A DNA stretch of 64,000 bases, taken from positions 3,658,001 to 3,722,000 of the forward strand of contig UYFQ01000001.1 in the NCBI GenBank assembly GCA_900617105.1. Direction: 5' to 3'. The translations under genes were made by a program, and so were the position numbers. The stretch comes from Hydrurus foetidus (Eukaryota). The notes beneath the pieces are model-generated. The model made no database searches and was not told where the DNA came from. It saw nothing but the letters and a program-made list of their open reading frames with translations. Positions 38,618-48,171 of the stretch are shown in pieces; positions within the stretch are counted from its first letter, which is position 1, and every line of letters begins with the position of its first letter.

Positions 38618-40046
38618 GTCAGTTGTTGCTCCCACATTGCCAGCTTATCCAGTTGATGTCGTCATCATGGCCGCGGGCAAAGGCACGCGAATGAAAAGTG
38701 CACGGCCCAAAGTATTGCACCGACTAGGTGGCAACGCCTTGCTGGGCCATGTGGTTGACTGCGCTGCCGAACTGGCGGTGCGCCGCATGGTGGTCATCAC
38801 GGGTCACGGTGCTATCGAAGTAGAAGCTGCTTGCGCCCTATTTCAGGGGGCTACGGGCGCGTTTGACTTGAAATTCGCGCGCCAAAACCCACAATTAGGC
38901 ACTGGCCACGCGGTGCAACAAGCCGTGCCGCTGCTGGGTGATGACGGAGTGACGTTGATTTTGAATGGCGACGTGCCCTTGATTGCAGTGCAAACGCTGC
39001 GCAATTTGATTGCCGCTTGCCACGGCAGCAAGTTGGCCCTGCTGACACTGACCATTGCGGACGCCACCGGTTACGGCCGAATTGTGCGCAACTCCAAAAA
39101 TGAAGTTTTGGCGATTGTGGAACACAAAGACGCCACGCCCGCCCAGCGCGACATACGCGAGTTTTACACCGGCGTGATGGCGGTGCCCAACGCATTGATC
39201 AAGGGTTGGCTGGCGCGCCTGACCACCCACAACGCCCAGGGCGAGTACTACCTGACAGACCTGGTGGCGCTGGCCGTGGCAGATGGCGTGGCAGTCGTGG
39301 CGACCCACCCCGACAACGAAGCCGAAGTATCAGGCGTGAACGACCCCCAGCAACTGGCGGCCCTGGAGCGTGCCTACCAGCAGCGCCGGGCAATGGCGTT
39401 AATGGAGCAAGGCGTGCGCCTGGCCGACCCGGCCCGCTTTGACGTGCGCGGCAAACTAACCTGCGGGCAAGACGTTGAGATTGACGTGAACTGCGTGTTT
39501 GAAGGTGCTGTGGCGCTGGGCCACAACGTGCGAGTAGGCGCTAACTGCTTTATAGCCAATTGCACGATTGCTGACGGCGCTGTGATTCACCCCTTTACCC
39601 ATATAGATGGTGAAAAGCTTGGCGTGAGCGTAGGCGACGGCGCGCTTATTGGCCCGTTTGCCCGCCTGCGGCCCGGCGCGCAATTGGGCGCTGATGTCCA
39701 CATCGGCAATTTTGTCGAGGTCAAAAATTCAACTCTGGCCAAAGGCGCCAAAGCCAACCACCTGGCCTATGTGGGCGACGCAACGCTGGGCGAGCGCGTC
39801 AACTTCGGTGCAGGCAGCATCACTGCAAACTACGACGGCGCCAACAAGCACCGCACCGTGATTGAAGCTGACGTACACATTGGCAGCAACTGCGTGCTGG
39901 TCGCGCCCGTCACCATAGGCGCAGGCGGCACCGTTGGCGGCGGCAGCACGATCAGCAAAAGCACTGAGCCTGGCGGCCTGCACGTAGCGCGGGCTAAGCA
40001 GGTGAGCTTGCCAAACTGGAAGCGGCCTGTGAAGGCTAAAAAGTAG
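38616..40046 (+). CDS. glmU: Bifunctional UDP-GlcNAc pyrophosphorylase/acetyltransferase
   Basis: AAGKGTRMKS..PK, GEYYLTD, hexapeptide repeats, NYDGANK. Confidence 0.97.
   Translation: MSVVAPTLPAYPVDVVIMAAGKGTRMKSARPKVLHRLGGNALLGHVVDCAAELAVRRMVVITGHGAIEVEAACALFQGATGAFDLKFARQNPQLGTGHAVQQAVPLLGDDGVTLILNGDVPLIAVQTLRNLIAACHGSKLALLTLTIADATGYGRIVRNSKNEVLAIVEHKDATPAQRDIREFYTGVMAVPNALIKGWLARLTTHNAQGEYYLTDLVALAVADGVAVVATHPDNEAEVSGVNDPQQLAALERAYQQRRAMALMEQGVRLADPARFDVRGKLTCGQDVEIDVNCVFEGAVALGHNVRVGANCFIANCTIADGAVIHPFTHIDGEKLGVSVGDGALIGPFARLRPGAQLGADVHIGNFVEVKNSTLAKGAKANHLAYVGDATLGERVNFGAGSITANYDGANKHRTVIEADVHIGSNCVLVAPVTIGAGGTVGGGSTISKSTEPGGLHVARAKQVSLPNWKRPVKAKK
38811..38858 (+). repeat. 48-bp dyad element copy inside glmU
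   Basis: GCTA-tcgaagtag-AAGC-tgcttgc-GCCC-tatttcagg-GGGC-tacgggc = AIEVEAACALFQGATG. Confidence 0.85.
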
Positions 40047-40059
40047 CTAGGGAGGAGTT

Positions 40060-40090
40060 TGACGTACAATTTATAAATTAATGTACGTCA
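40060..40090. promoter_or_regulatory. Putative TA operator
   Basis: Perfect TGACGTACA-N13-TGTACGTCA inverted repeat overlapping a TTGACG hexamer upstream of the antitoxin. Confidence 0.65.
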
Positions 40091-40118
40091 GTCATGTTGT
40101 TCCTGCTTGGAGATCACG

Positions 40119-40394
40119 ATGAACACAAAACTTACCCTGCGGATGGATGAAAACCTGATTGTCCAAGCCAAGGCTTATGCGGCAAAAGAAGGGCGATCTG
40201 TTTCTGATTTAGTGAGTGCGTATTTCGCCAGGCTGGCTGACGCAAAGAAATCTTCTGACGCTAAGGCTTACCCCCTGACCAGTGCGCTAGTGGGTGCCGC
40301 CGCGCCCCGCCGCAGCTCGTTTTACGGTTTGATGGAGGGCAGCAAACTGGACGAGTCTGACTACTACGCCTACCTTGAGCAAAAGCACAAATGA
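40119..40394 (+). CDS. RHH antitoxin (DUF6364-like)
   Basis: MNTKLTLRMD..AKAYA..GRSVSDLV...YLEQKH. Confidence 0.75.
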   Translation: MNTKLTLRMDENLIVQAKAYAAKEGRSVSDLVSAYFARLADAKKSSDAKAYPLTSALVGAAAPRRSSFYGLMEGSKLDESDYYAYLEQKHK

Positions 40395-40825
40395 CGACAT
40401 CAATGACAGTGTCAGCCGTGGTCTTGCTTGACACCAACGTCATCGTTGATCTTTTCTTGCAAAGGCAAGCTTTTGTTGAAGACGCCAACACCCTTGTCCT
40501 GCTGATCGAGGACGGAAAACTCCAGGCTAGCCTGTGCGCCAACACCGTCACCACGATTGACTACCTTCTGTCAGGTGCGCTAGGCAGGCTGGTTGCGCGG
40601 GGGCACATCAAGCGCCTGTTGAAAACGTTTGACATTGCACCTGTCAATCGGCGTGTGCTGCAAGACGCGGCTGAGTCAAACCTCAAAGACTTTGAAGACG
40701 CCGTCATTGCCGAATCTGCCAAGGCCAGCGGCATACCCACCATCATCACGCGCAACGGCAAAGACTTTGTGGGCTGTGGTTTGAATGTGTATTCGCCAGG
40801 CCAGTGGCTGGCAGCTAAGCATTAA
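40391..40825 (+). CDS. PIN-domain (VapC-like) toxin
   Basis: LLDTNVIVD, DFEDA, ITRNGKDF. Confidence 0.85.
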   Translation: MTTSMTVSAVVLLDTNVIVDLFLQRQAFVEDANTLVLLIEDGKLQASLCANTVTTIDYLLSGALGRLVARGHIKRLLKTFDIAPVNRRVLQDAAESNLKDFEDAVIAESAKASGIPTIITRNGKDFVGCGLNVYSPGQWLAAKH

Positions 40826-40828
40826 TCT

Positions 40829-40876
40829 GCTATTTAATCAGGAGCTGCTCGCGCCCGTACTTATTGGGCTATAAGC
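40829..40876 (+). repeat. 48-bp dyad element copy overlapping the Lrp stop codon
   Basis: GCTA-tttaatcag-GAGC-tgctcgc-GCCC-gtacttatt-GGGC-tataagc. Confidence 0.88.
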
Positions 40877-41346
40877 ACTTTTGGCTCGAATTTTGAGCGT
40901 TTTATGCTGAAAAACGCCTTCACATTGCGAATATTCACATCGCTGGTAAAAAGCCGCTGGCTTAGCGCGAGGTAGGCGGGCATATCAACAACATGGACGA
41001 TCAAGACAAAGTCTGGGCCTGGCGAGGTTCGGTAGCACTGCTGCACGGCCGCATCAACTTGCACGCGATGCTCAAATGCGGTGATGAGCTCGTCGCCCTG
41101 GCGGTCTAGCGTAATTTCAACAATCGCCGTCAGCCCATGGCCGGTGATGTGGGCCAGTTTGTCGATGTTCAGCAGCGCTACTTCGCCCTCAATCAAGCCT
41201 GCATCGCGCAGTAGTTTGACGCGGCGCAAGCAGGTGGGTGGCGAGATGTGAGTGAGCGCTGCCAGCGCCCGGTTGCTGAGTGATGAGTCTGTTTGCAAGG
41301 CATTTAACAGCTTGATGTCTATGGCATCTATATCGATTTGTTCCAT
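40861..41346 (-). CDS. Lrp/AsnC family regulator divergent from glmS
   Basis: IDAIDIKLLNALQ..SPPTCLRRVKLL HTH plus RAM domain. Confidence 0.9.
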   Translation of the reverse strand: MEQIDIDAIDIKLLNALQTDSSLSNRALAALTHISPPTCLRRVKLLRDAGLIEGEVALLNIDKLAHITGHGLTAIVEITLDRQGDELITAFEHRVQVDAAVQQCYRTSPGPDFVLIVHVVDMPAYLALSQRLFTSDVNIRNVKAFFSIKRSKFEPKVLIAQ

Positions 41347-41481
41347 TTTCATACTTTAAATGAAAGAAATGCTCAGAATTATCTGTAGTAGAAATTTAAT
41401 TTCATAAATGTTAAAAAATTAGTGAAAATAAAAAACTAAAAGTCCGTAGCATCAGCACGACTAAATTCAAGGAGAAAGCTG

Positions 41482-43359
41482 ATGTGCGGCATAGTTGCAG
41501 CGGTTTCTAACCGCAATATCGTCCCAGTCTTGGTGCAAGGCTTGCAGCGGCTGGAATACCGGGGCTATGACTCTTGTGGCGTTGCGGTGTATGCCGGTGG
41601 CCTGAAAAGAGCCCGCAGCACATCGCGCGTGGCTGAGCTGCAAGAACAAGTGCAAAACGACAAGCTCGAAGGCACCACAGGCATTGCCCACACGCGCTGG
41701 GCCACGCACGGCGCGCCAGCTATTCACAACGCGCATCCGCACTTTAGCCACGGCACGGGTGCGGTAACCAAGCCAGGCACTAAAAGCGAAGGTGCTACTG
41801 GCAAGCCAGCGCGCGTGGCGTTGGTCCACAACGGCATCATTGAAAACCACGAAGACCTGCGCGCCGCTTTGCAAGCCAAAGGCTATGTGTTTGAAAGCCA
41901 AACCGACACCGAAGTTATCGTGCATTTGGTCGACAGCTTGTATGACGGTGATTTGTTTGAAGCTTTAAAAAGCGCAGTCGGCCAACTGCACGGCGCTTAT
42001 GCGATTGCTGCATTTTGCAAAGACGAGCCGCACCGCGTGGTGGGCGCGCGGGCGGGTTCACCGCTGATTTTGGGCGTCGGCAAAGCCAACCAAGAAAACT
42101 TTTTAGCTAGTGATGCGATGGCTTTGGCTGGCGTGACGGACCAGATCGTGTACCTTGAAGAAGGCGATTTGATTGACATTCAGCTCGGCAAATACTGGAT
42201 TTTGGACAAGGCGCAAAAAGCGGTGCAGCGCGAGGTAAAAACCGTGGTCGCTCACAGCGGCGCGGCTGAGTTGGGCCCGTACCGCCACTACATGCAAAAA
42301 GAAATTTTTGAGCAACCCAGTGCCATTGCCAACACGCTGGAAGGTGTGGAGAGCATCACGCCAGAACTCTTCGGCGACGGCGCTTACCGCGTTTTTCAAG
42401 ACATCGATTCGGTGCTTATTTTGGCCTGTGGCACCAGCTACTACAGCGGCTGTGTGGCCAAGTATTGGTTAGAAGAAATTGCAGGCATCTCAACCCAGGT
42501 CGAAGTCGCCAGCGAATACCGCTACCGCACCAGCGTACCCAACCCGCGCACGCTGGTGGTGACCATCACGCAAAGTGGGGAGACCGCCGACACGCTTGCC
42601 GCACTGCGCCACGCACAAAGCTTGGGCATGACGCAAACGCTGACGATTTGCAACGTAGCCACATCGGCCATGGTGCGCGAATGCAAGCTGGCCTACGTCA
42701 CGCGTGCCGGGGTAGAGATTGGCGTGGCATCGACCAAAGCTTTTACTGCGCAACTGGCGGGGCTGTTTTTACTGACACTGGCCCTTGCCCAAAGCAAAGG
42801 CCGCCTGAGCGATGCTGAAGAAGCAGCCCACGTCAAAGCCATGCGCCACTTGCCTGTGGCTTTGGCCGCTGTGCTGGCGCTAGAACCTCAAGTAATCGCC
42901 TGGGCTGAAGACTTTGCAAAACAAGAAAACGCCCTGTTCTTGGGCCGTGGCCTTCACTACCCGATTGCACTGGAAGGCGCGCTAAAACTCAAAGAAATCA
43001 GCTACATCCACGCTGAAGCCTACCCCGCAGGCGAGCTAAAACACGGCCCATTAGCGTTAGTGACCAGCGCCATGCCGGTAGTCGCCGTTGCACCCAACGA
43101 CAGCCTGCTGGAAAAGCTGAAAAGCAACCTGCAAGAAGTCCGCGCACGCGGCGGCGTGCTGTACGTGCTGGCCGACGCAGGCACCAAGTTAGTCAGCAGC
43201 GAAGGCCTTCACGTCATTCGCATGCCAGAACACTACGGCCCGCTAAGCCCGATGCTGCATGTGGTGCCGCTACAGCTGCTGGCTTATCACACGGCGGTTG
43301 CGCGGGGGACGGATGTGGACAAGCCTAGGAATTTGGCGAAGTCAGTCACCGTTGAGTGA
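41482..43359 (+). CDS. glmS: Glutamine--fructose-6-phosphate aminotransferase
   Basis: [24 protein letters not shown]. Confidence 0.98.
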   Translation: MCGIVAAVSNRNIVPVLVQGLQRLEYRGYDSCGVAVYAGGLKRARSTSRVAELQEQVQNDKLEGTTGIAHTRWATHGAPAIHNAHPHFSHGTGAVTKPGTKSEGATGKPARVALVHNGIIENHEDLRAALQAKGYVFESQTDTEVIVHLVDSLYDGDLFEALKSAVGQLHGAYAIAAFCKDEPHRVVGARAGSPLILGVGKANQENFLASDAMALAGVTDQIVYLEEGDLIDIQLGKYWILDKAQKAVQREVKTVVAHSGAAELGPYRHYMQKEIFEQPSAIANTLEGVESITPELFGDGAYRVFQDIDSVLILACGTSYYSGCVAKYWLEEIAGISTQVEVASEYRYRTSVPNPRTLVVTITQSGETADTLAALRHAQSLGMTQTLTICNVATSAMVRECKLAYVTRAGVEIGVASTKAFTAQLAGLFLLTLALAQSKGRLSDAEEAAHVKAMRHLPVALAAVLALEPQVIAWAEDFAKQENALFLGRGLHYPIALEGALKLKEISYIHAEAYPAGELKHGPLALVTSAMPVVAVAPNDSLLEKLKSNLQEVRARGGVLYVLADAGTKLVSSEGLHVIRMPEHYGPLSPMLHVVPLQLLAYHTAVARGTDVDKPRNLAKSVTVE

Positions 43360-43764
43360 CCAAGGATTCACCAGCCCCACGCCCGTACCTGCAAAGTCCG
43401 ACTCGTTTCGCGTCACCACGGTAAAGCCGTGCTCAAGCGCAGTTGCTGCAATCATGGCATCGCGCTCTGAGCGGGGGTTAGGCACATGCAGCGCAGCGCA
43501 CACCGTAGCGGTGATGTCGGTGAACGTCAAAATTTGGCCGGCGAACGCTTCACGCACGCCAGCCAGCCAGGTTCGTAGCGCGCTTCCCTGCGGCGGGGTG
43601 CGTCTTTCTAACGCCAACACGCCCATCTCCAATTCAAGGACGGTGATGGCTGACAAGAAAAGTTTGCTGCTGGGCTGCCTAGCTGCCCAAGCCCGAACCT
43701 CTAGGGATTGATGAGGTTTGCCGCGCCGCAGCTCAGAGATGACATTGGTATCCAGCACAAACAT
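43342..43764 (-). CDS. vapC: VapC PIN toxin
   Basis: [29 protein letters not shown]. Confidence 0.9.
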   Translation of the reverse strand: MFVLDTNVISELRRGKPHQSLEVRAWAARQPSSKLFLSAITVLELEMGVLALERRTPPQGSALRTWLAGVREAFAGQILTFTDITATVCAALHVPNPRSERDAMIAATALEHGFTVVTRNESDFAGTGVGLVNPWSLNGD

Positions 43765-43783
43765 GAATCGCCCTCAATCAAAC

Positions 43784-44044
43784 TTATTCAAACGTGGTGC
43801 CTTGAACGGTGAGATTGAGGCGAGGCGGCTCGAAATCGATGTTGTCCCCGCCCGCAATGCCGTCCATCACGTCGAGCAGTGAAGACGGTTTTTGCCCAGC
43901 AATACGGTAGTAGTCATTAATTTCAAGCAGCGCAAAAGCCGGTCGTCCCCGGTCTGTGATGAACACAGGGCCGTTGGCAGTTGCACGCTTGGCTGCAGAC
44001 ACGTCACGGGTGAAGTCGCGGCTGGAGAAGGTGTGGATGGCCAT
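43784..44044 (-). CDS. Phd/YefM antitoxin
   Basis: SSRDF..AKRA..GPVFITDRGRP. Confidence 0.88.
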   Translation of the reverse strand: MAIHTFSSRDFTRDVSAAKRATANGPVFITDRGRPAFALLEINDYYRIAGQKPSSLLDVMDGIAGGDNIDFEPPRLNLTVQGTTFE

Positions 44045-44258
44045 GTTGATAGCTGCAATTAAATAAATGTTTGTATGTTACGACAAATTAGCGGGATAAT
44101 CAAATGAAGGTTTGTACAAAACGTTCTGCAAGCCTAGGCACACTGCCAAGGCGTTGAATAACCGTGTGGATCTACTGTCAGCTTAATCCCGTTCTTCATA
44201 GAAGAGGCAGAGCTGGCGTTCGTGAAGCCTAGTCACTGCAACTGTTAGAAATTAAAGT

Positions 44259-47200
44259 ATGAATAAACTAATTAGCGTGCCGATAGCAGCCGTTACTTCG
44301 CTATCAGCAGAGGCCGCCGTGACTGTGATTCGCGAAACTTTGCGCGCAGAATGCCGTTACAGCGGACAAAGTCCGACTGCACTGACAGTCTCTAGTCGCC
44401 TCACAATTGCTGATGGCGGCATTGACGCAGATGTGAATACAACATTGGGGCTACCGGTTCCAACAGACTGCCTCTTTCAGGCCGGTTTGACGGGTTTTCA
44501 GATCAAGTCAGGAACCAGCTTCAAGCCGTGGACAGCGAGCTCTATCCGAGCCGAGCTTCTGGATAGTAAAGGCAAGCTTTACAGCGAAGTTCAACGGTTG
44601 GTGCAGCGAAGCGGCCGCTACGCATTAATTTGCACTGGCCACGATCTAACTCCCAAGCAGCGAAATGAGGCCAAAGATCAAATTGCGTTGGTGCTCAAAA
44701 ATGCTGGTTTCCCTGGACATGACCCATTGATCGATGTCTTTGGTGCTAGTCAATTGGCTGAGTATATTGAGCGTTACCCGGGCGTGGCGGCTAAAGTAAC
44801 AACGGATCCCATTCAAGAAGCGCTTGTTTTTGATGAGTGGGTGCGCGACGACCACATGTCGAATTCGTTCGAAATGTCCAAGGATCAAAGTAACCTGATC
44901 GATCAAATTCGACAGGCCTTGTTTGGATCTGCTAAACATGTCCGTGTGCTGGGTGAGCCCGGCCTAGGCAAAACTCGTCTTGTTCTTGAGGCGTTACGGG
45001 ATGAAAACCTCGCCCCTATCGCTTTGTACATTGAGCATGGCTCCATGTTTGGTAGCACTAGGCTTTTTCGTAAGTTACTGAAATCGCCATACAACAAACC
45101 ACTCGTCCTTGTCATAGACGAATTGCCAGAGCAGGAAATGGCCGAAATCTGGCGGCATCTAAAAGCAAGGTGTGGGGCGTTGAAAATTGTGTCGTTAGAT
45201 CACGGTCGCGATGAGACGCAGGATACCGATATACAGAGAATCTATGCTCCGCCTCTATCGGCTGAAACAATCAAGAAAATTTTGATAAACAGGCTGGGTG
45301 ATTCTCGCGAGTTGGATCGTTGGGTCGAGATATGTGAGGGATCTCCAAGGGTTGCACAAGCCGTTGCTGACAACTTGCGCGCAAACCCTGCTGACTTACT
45401 ACGCCCACCAGCTACAGTTCCCATTTGGGATCGATTTCTGCACGGTTACGGTAAGCGAGACGAGCAACACGCTCGGCAAATTGACTGCGTTACGCAGTAT
45501 TTGGCATTGTTCAATCGATTCGGATTCGATGACCCGGTTGGCGACGAAGCACGCTACATCGCTGATTTAGTTGCCATGGTTGACCCGACTATCGGTTGGG
45601 CTCGGTTTCAAGAGATCGTGCAAAGTCTGCGTGCGCGGCGAGTGTTGCAGGGTACAAGGACCTTGTTTTTTGTGCCGAAGGCGTTGCATATCTACCTATG
45701 GCAGAGATTTTGGGCAAACTACGGCAGGGGATTTGACTTTACAGATACCTTCAACACTATGCCTGAGTCACTTCATGCATGGTTTATGAATATGTTCAAG
45801 TACGCTGGCGATGCGGCGACTGCACACGTAATTGAGGACATTCTCAAACCTGATGGCATCTATTCCGATAGCGCAACTCTGACATCCGCGAAAGGTGCAC
45901 GATTCCTTTCGACACTGACTGAAGCCAACCCTGTCGCAGTCCTGAGACTGTTGGAGTCCGCATTGGGGTCGTGGTCGGACGAAGAGATTACGTCTTTTAA
46001 AGAGAATCGCCAGACATTGGTTTGGACTTTGGAAAAGGTTGTAGTCTGGCCTCAGCAATGTGTACGCGGAATTCGTCTGCTCATAAAACTTGCGGTCAAC
46101 GAAACCGATACAAATAGCAACAATGCAACTGGCACTCTCCGAGGGTTTTTCTGCATAGGACCAGAGGCTGCGGCAACGGAGGCATCCCCCGCCGAACGAC
46201 TGCCTGCACTTCTTCCACTACTGCGGTCTTCCATTAACAAGGAGCGCGAGTTAGGACTAAGTTGCATCGCGGCTGCATTGGACACCCATGGGCGCGGCTA
46301 TCGAATAGTTGGGCCAGAGTTTCAGGGACTCAAACCGCGTGCAAAATTGTGGATTCCCAAAACTTACGGCGATTGGTGGGATGCACAGCACCTATATTTC
46401 AAGACGCTGATCGACGAGACGGCGCATTGGCCTGATCATCTGAGGTCCACGGCGTGCAGTGCGTTGCTCGGTGCAATACAACAACAAATCAAAGTAAAGC
46501 CATGCACTCAACTTGCCTTTGACGTACTTGGCGCATTGGTTCGTGATCCCAACATGAATTCAAGTGAACTCAACAAATTTTTTGTGGATTGGCCCGAACA
46601 TCATGATCAACCGGAAATCAAAGACATCACGGACAGGATTGTCTCGATAGGTCGCTCGTACACGAAGCAGAGTTTGACCAATCGCTTTCAGCGATATGTT
46701 GTGGATGTTGACTGGCGAACTTGGGATGAAGATACACGTAAACGGCGAGGAAAACGGAACAATCGCGCTAAACCACTGGTCAATGGGCTCGCCAAGCGCG
46801 TGGCAACGGATACTGAACTGTTTGATTCGATATTGCCGTTTCTTTCGCCTGGGAAGGAATCTCCAGCTTTGTGGCACTTTGGAGATCGACTTGCAAGCAA
46901 TGATCCTAAGAGATTTTTGCTGGATAAATTAATTTCACAAGCACTGGCGTCTAAACATTGGGGGTGCTTGGGAGGCTACTTATCTTTCGTTCAAAAGCAC
47001 GATATTCCGGCGTTCCGTACAGCTGTCACTTGCTTGCTGTCGAGTGCTGGCACTGCCTGGCTCGGTGCCGCGCTGACGGTACGTGGTGAGTACGACGAAA
47101 TACTGTTTGATGGGTGCTTGGTAGCCTTTGGAAAAAAATGGATAGAGACTAAGCAGTTTTCCGCTGTGCGATACGGGCAAATGTGGGAAAAAATCCCGTC

Positions 47201-48035
47201 ATCAACGTTAAAGCGCCTAATTCAAATGCTAAGTGACGAAGAGGACGCTACATCAATTGGGCTATTGATTGGCCTCTTTTATGACCTACCGTTCACCGCA
47301 ACTTCTCCCTTTGACAGTGCCACTGTTTTTTCTGCTCTTCGCAGAGCCATCCCAAGCGAGAACGGATGGGACGATTCGCGTGGATACGATTGGGAGAACG
47401 CTTGCAAAAAGCTCATTGAATTTAACAACTACTTTGCAATGCCATTGTTGGATGCTTTGCTGACAGAAATGGGGCACCACTACCAACTGACCTATGACAG
47501 TTATGTTGAATCCGTAACCTTGGAGTTGGTTAAAGCCAATCCTGTCGGCGCATGGCAAATAATTTCACGGCACTTTGAGGCAACGCTGCCCAAGTGGCGA
47601 TCCGATCTGACGTGTTGGCTTAAGGGCGGGCTTGCCAAATTTCAAGACAACGCGGAGAGTGCTCCCATCAATTTGCTTCCGATTGACTCGATAATTTCGT
47701 GGATTGACGTTAACCCTCAGGCGCGTGCTGGCCTAATTGGCCACTGTGTTCCTGGCACTCTTGATCGTGAAGCGGGCGGAAAGTTATCCATGTTGCTAAT
47801 CGCAAAGTATGCTTCCATTGACGGGGTAAAAAACGGCATCAGCGCAGCTTTTCACTCTGGTGGGTGGACAGGTCCTACCAGCCATTATTTAAAGAAAAAA
47901 CGAGAGAAATTACGCAATTGGTTAACAGATGGATTTGAATTCGAAGTGACCCAGTGGATTGAGGCTGAACTTGAATACATAGATAGAGGCATTGACCGTG
48001 AGGAAATTGCGGAAGAGCGAACACGGTTTGAGTGA
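44259..48035 (+). CDS. PD-(D/E)xK nuclease + STAND-like NTPase + helical repeats; candidate Avs/NLR-type defence protein
   Basis: DGGID...FQIKSG; Walker A GEPGLGKT; Walker B LVLVIDE; G.P motif (CEGSPR); ~850-aa helical C-terminus. Confidence 0.65.
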   Translation: MNKLISVPIAAVTSLSAEAAVTVIRETLRAECRYSGQSPTALTVSSRLTIADGGIDADVNTTLGLPVPTDCLFQAGLTGFQIKSGTSFKPWTASSIRAELLDSKGKLYSEVQRLVQRSGRYALICTGHDLTPKQRNEAKDQIALVLKNAGFPGHDPLIDVFGASQLAEYIERYPGVAAKVTTDPIQEALVFDEWVRDDHMSNSFEMSKDQSNLIDQIRQALFGSAKHVRVLGEPGLGKTRLVLEALRDENLAPIALYIEHGSMFGSTRLFRKLLKSPYNKPLVLVIDELPEQEMAEIWRHLKARCGALKIVSLDHGRDETQDTDIQRIYAPPLSAETIKKILINRLGDSRELDRWVEICEGSPRVAQAVADNLRANPADLLRPPATVPIWDRFLHGYGKRDEQHARQIDCVTQYLALFNRFGFDDPVGDEARYIADLVAMVDPTIGWARFQEIVQSLRARRVLQGTRTLFFVPKALHIYLWQRFWANYGRGFDFTDTFNTMPESLHAWFMNMFKYAGDAATAHVIEDILKPDGIYSDSATLTSAKGARFLSTLTEANPVAVLRLLESALGSWSDEEITSFKENRQTLVWTLEKVVVWPQQCVRGIRLLIKLAVNETDTNSNNATGTLRGFFCIGPEAAATEASPAERLPALLPLLRSSINKERELGLSCIAAALDTHGRGYRIVGPEFQGLKPRAKLWIPKTYGDWWDAQHLYFKTLIDETAHWPDHLRSTACSALLGAIQQQIKVKPCTQLAFDVLGALVRDPNMNSSELNKFFVDWPEHHDQPEIKDITDRIVSIGRSYTKQSLTNRFQRYVVDVDWRTWDEDTRKRRGKRNNRAKPLVNGLAKRVATDTELFDSILPFLSPGKESPALWHFGDRLASNDPKRFLLDKLISQALASKHWGCLGGYLSFVQKHDIPAFRTAVTCLLSSAGTAWLGAALTVRGEYDEILFDGCLVAFGKKWIETKQFSAVRYGQMWEKIPSSTLKRLIQMLSDEEDATSIGLLIGLFYDLPFTATSPFDSATVFSALRRAIPSENGWDDSRGYDWENACKKLIEFNNYFAMPLLDALLTEMGHHYQLTYDSYVESVTLELVKANPVGAWQIISRHFEATLPKWRSDLTCWLKGGLAKFQDNAESAPINLLPIDSIISWIDVNPQARAGLIGHCVPGTLDREAGGKLSMLLIAKYASIDGVKNGISAAFHSGGWTGPTSHYLKKKREKLRNWLTDGFEFEVTQWIEAELEYIDRGIDREEIAEERTRFE

Positions 48036-48171
48036 AGCATCTTTCTGGGACCGGCTGTCAGTGCAGGACATTGATGACGAGCTGGAATTCCCCCAAATCG
48101 GTCGGCAGCTACCACCTGACTTAAAGTCACAAGTCATTTCAAAAATCTGGAGCGGTTAAATCTTTATTCCT

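Noticed and set aside
43360..44258. Tn7 end after glmS
   Set aside because: vapC overlaps the glmS stop; no terminal TGT/ACA with repeated TnsB sites and no tns genes seen.
44200..48170. Integron attC sites around the STAND gene
   Set aside because: No paired RYYYAAC/GTTRRRY boxes with an internal palindrome, and no integrase.
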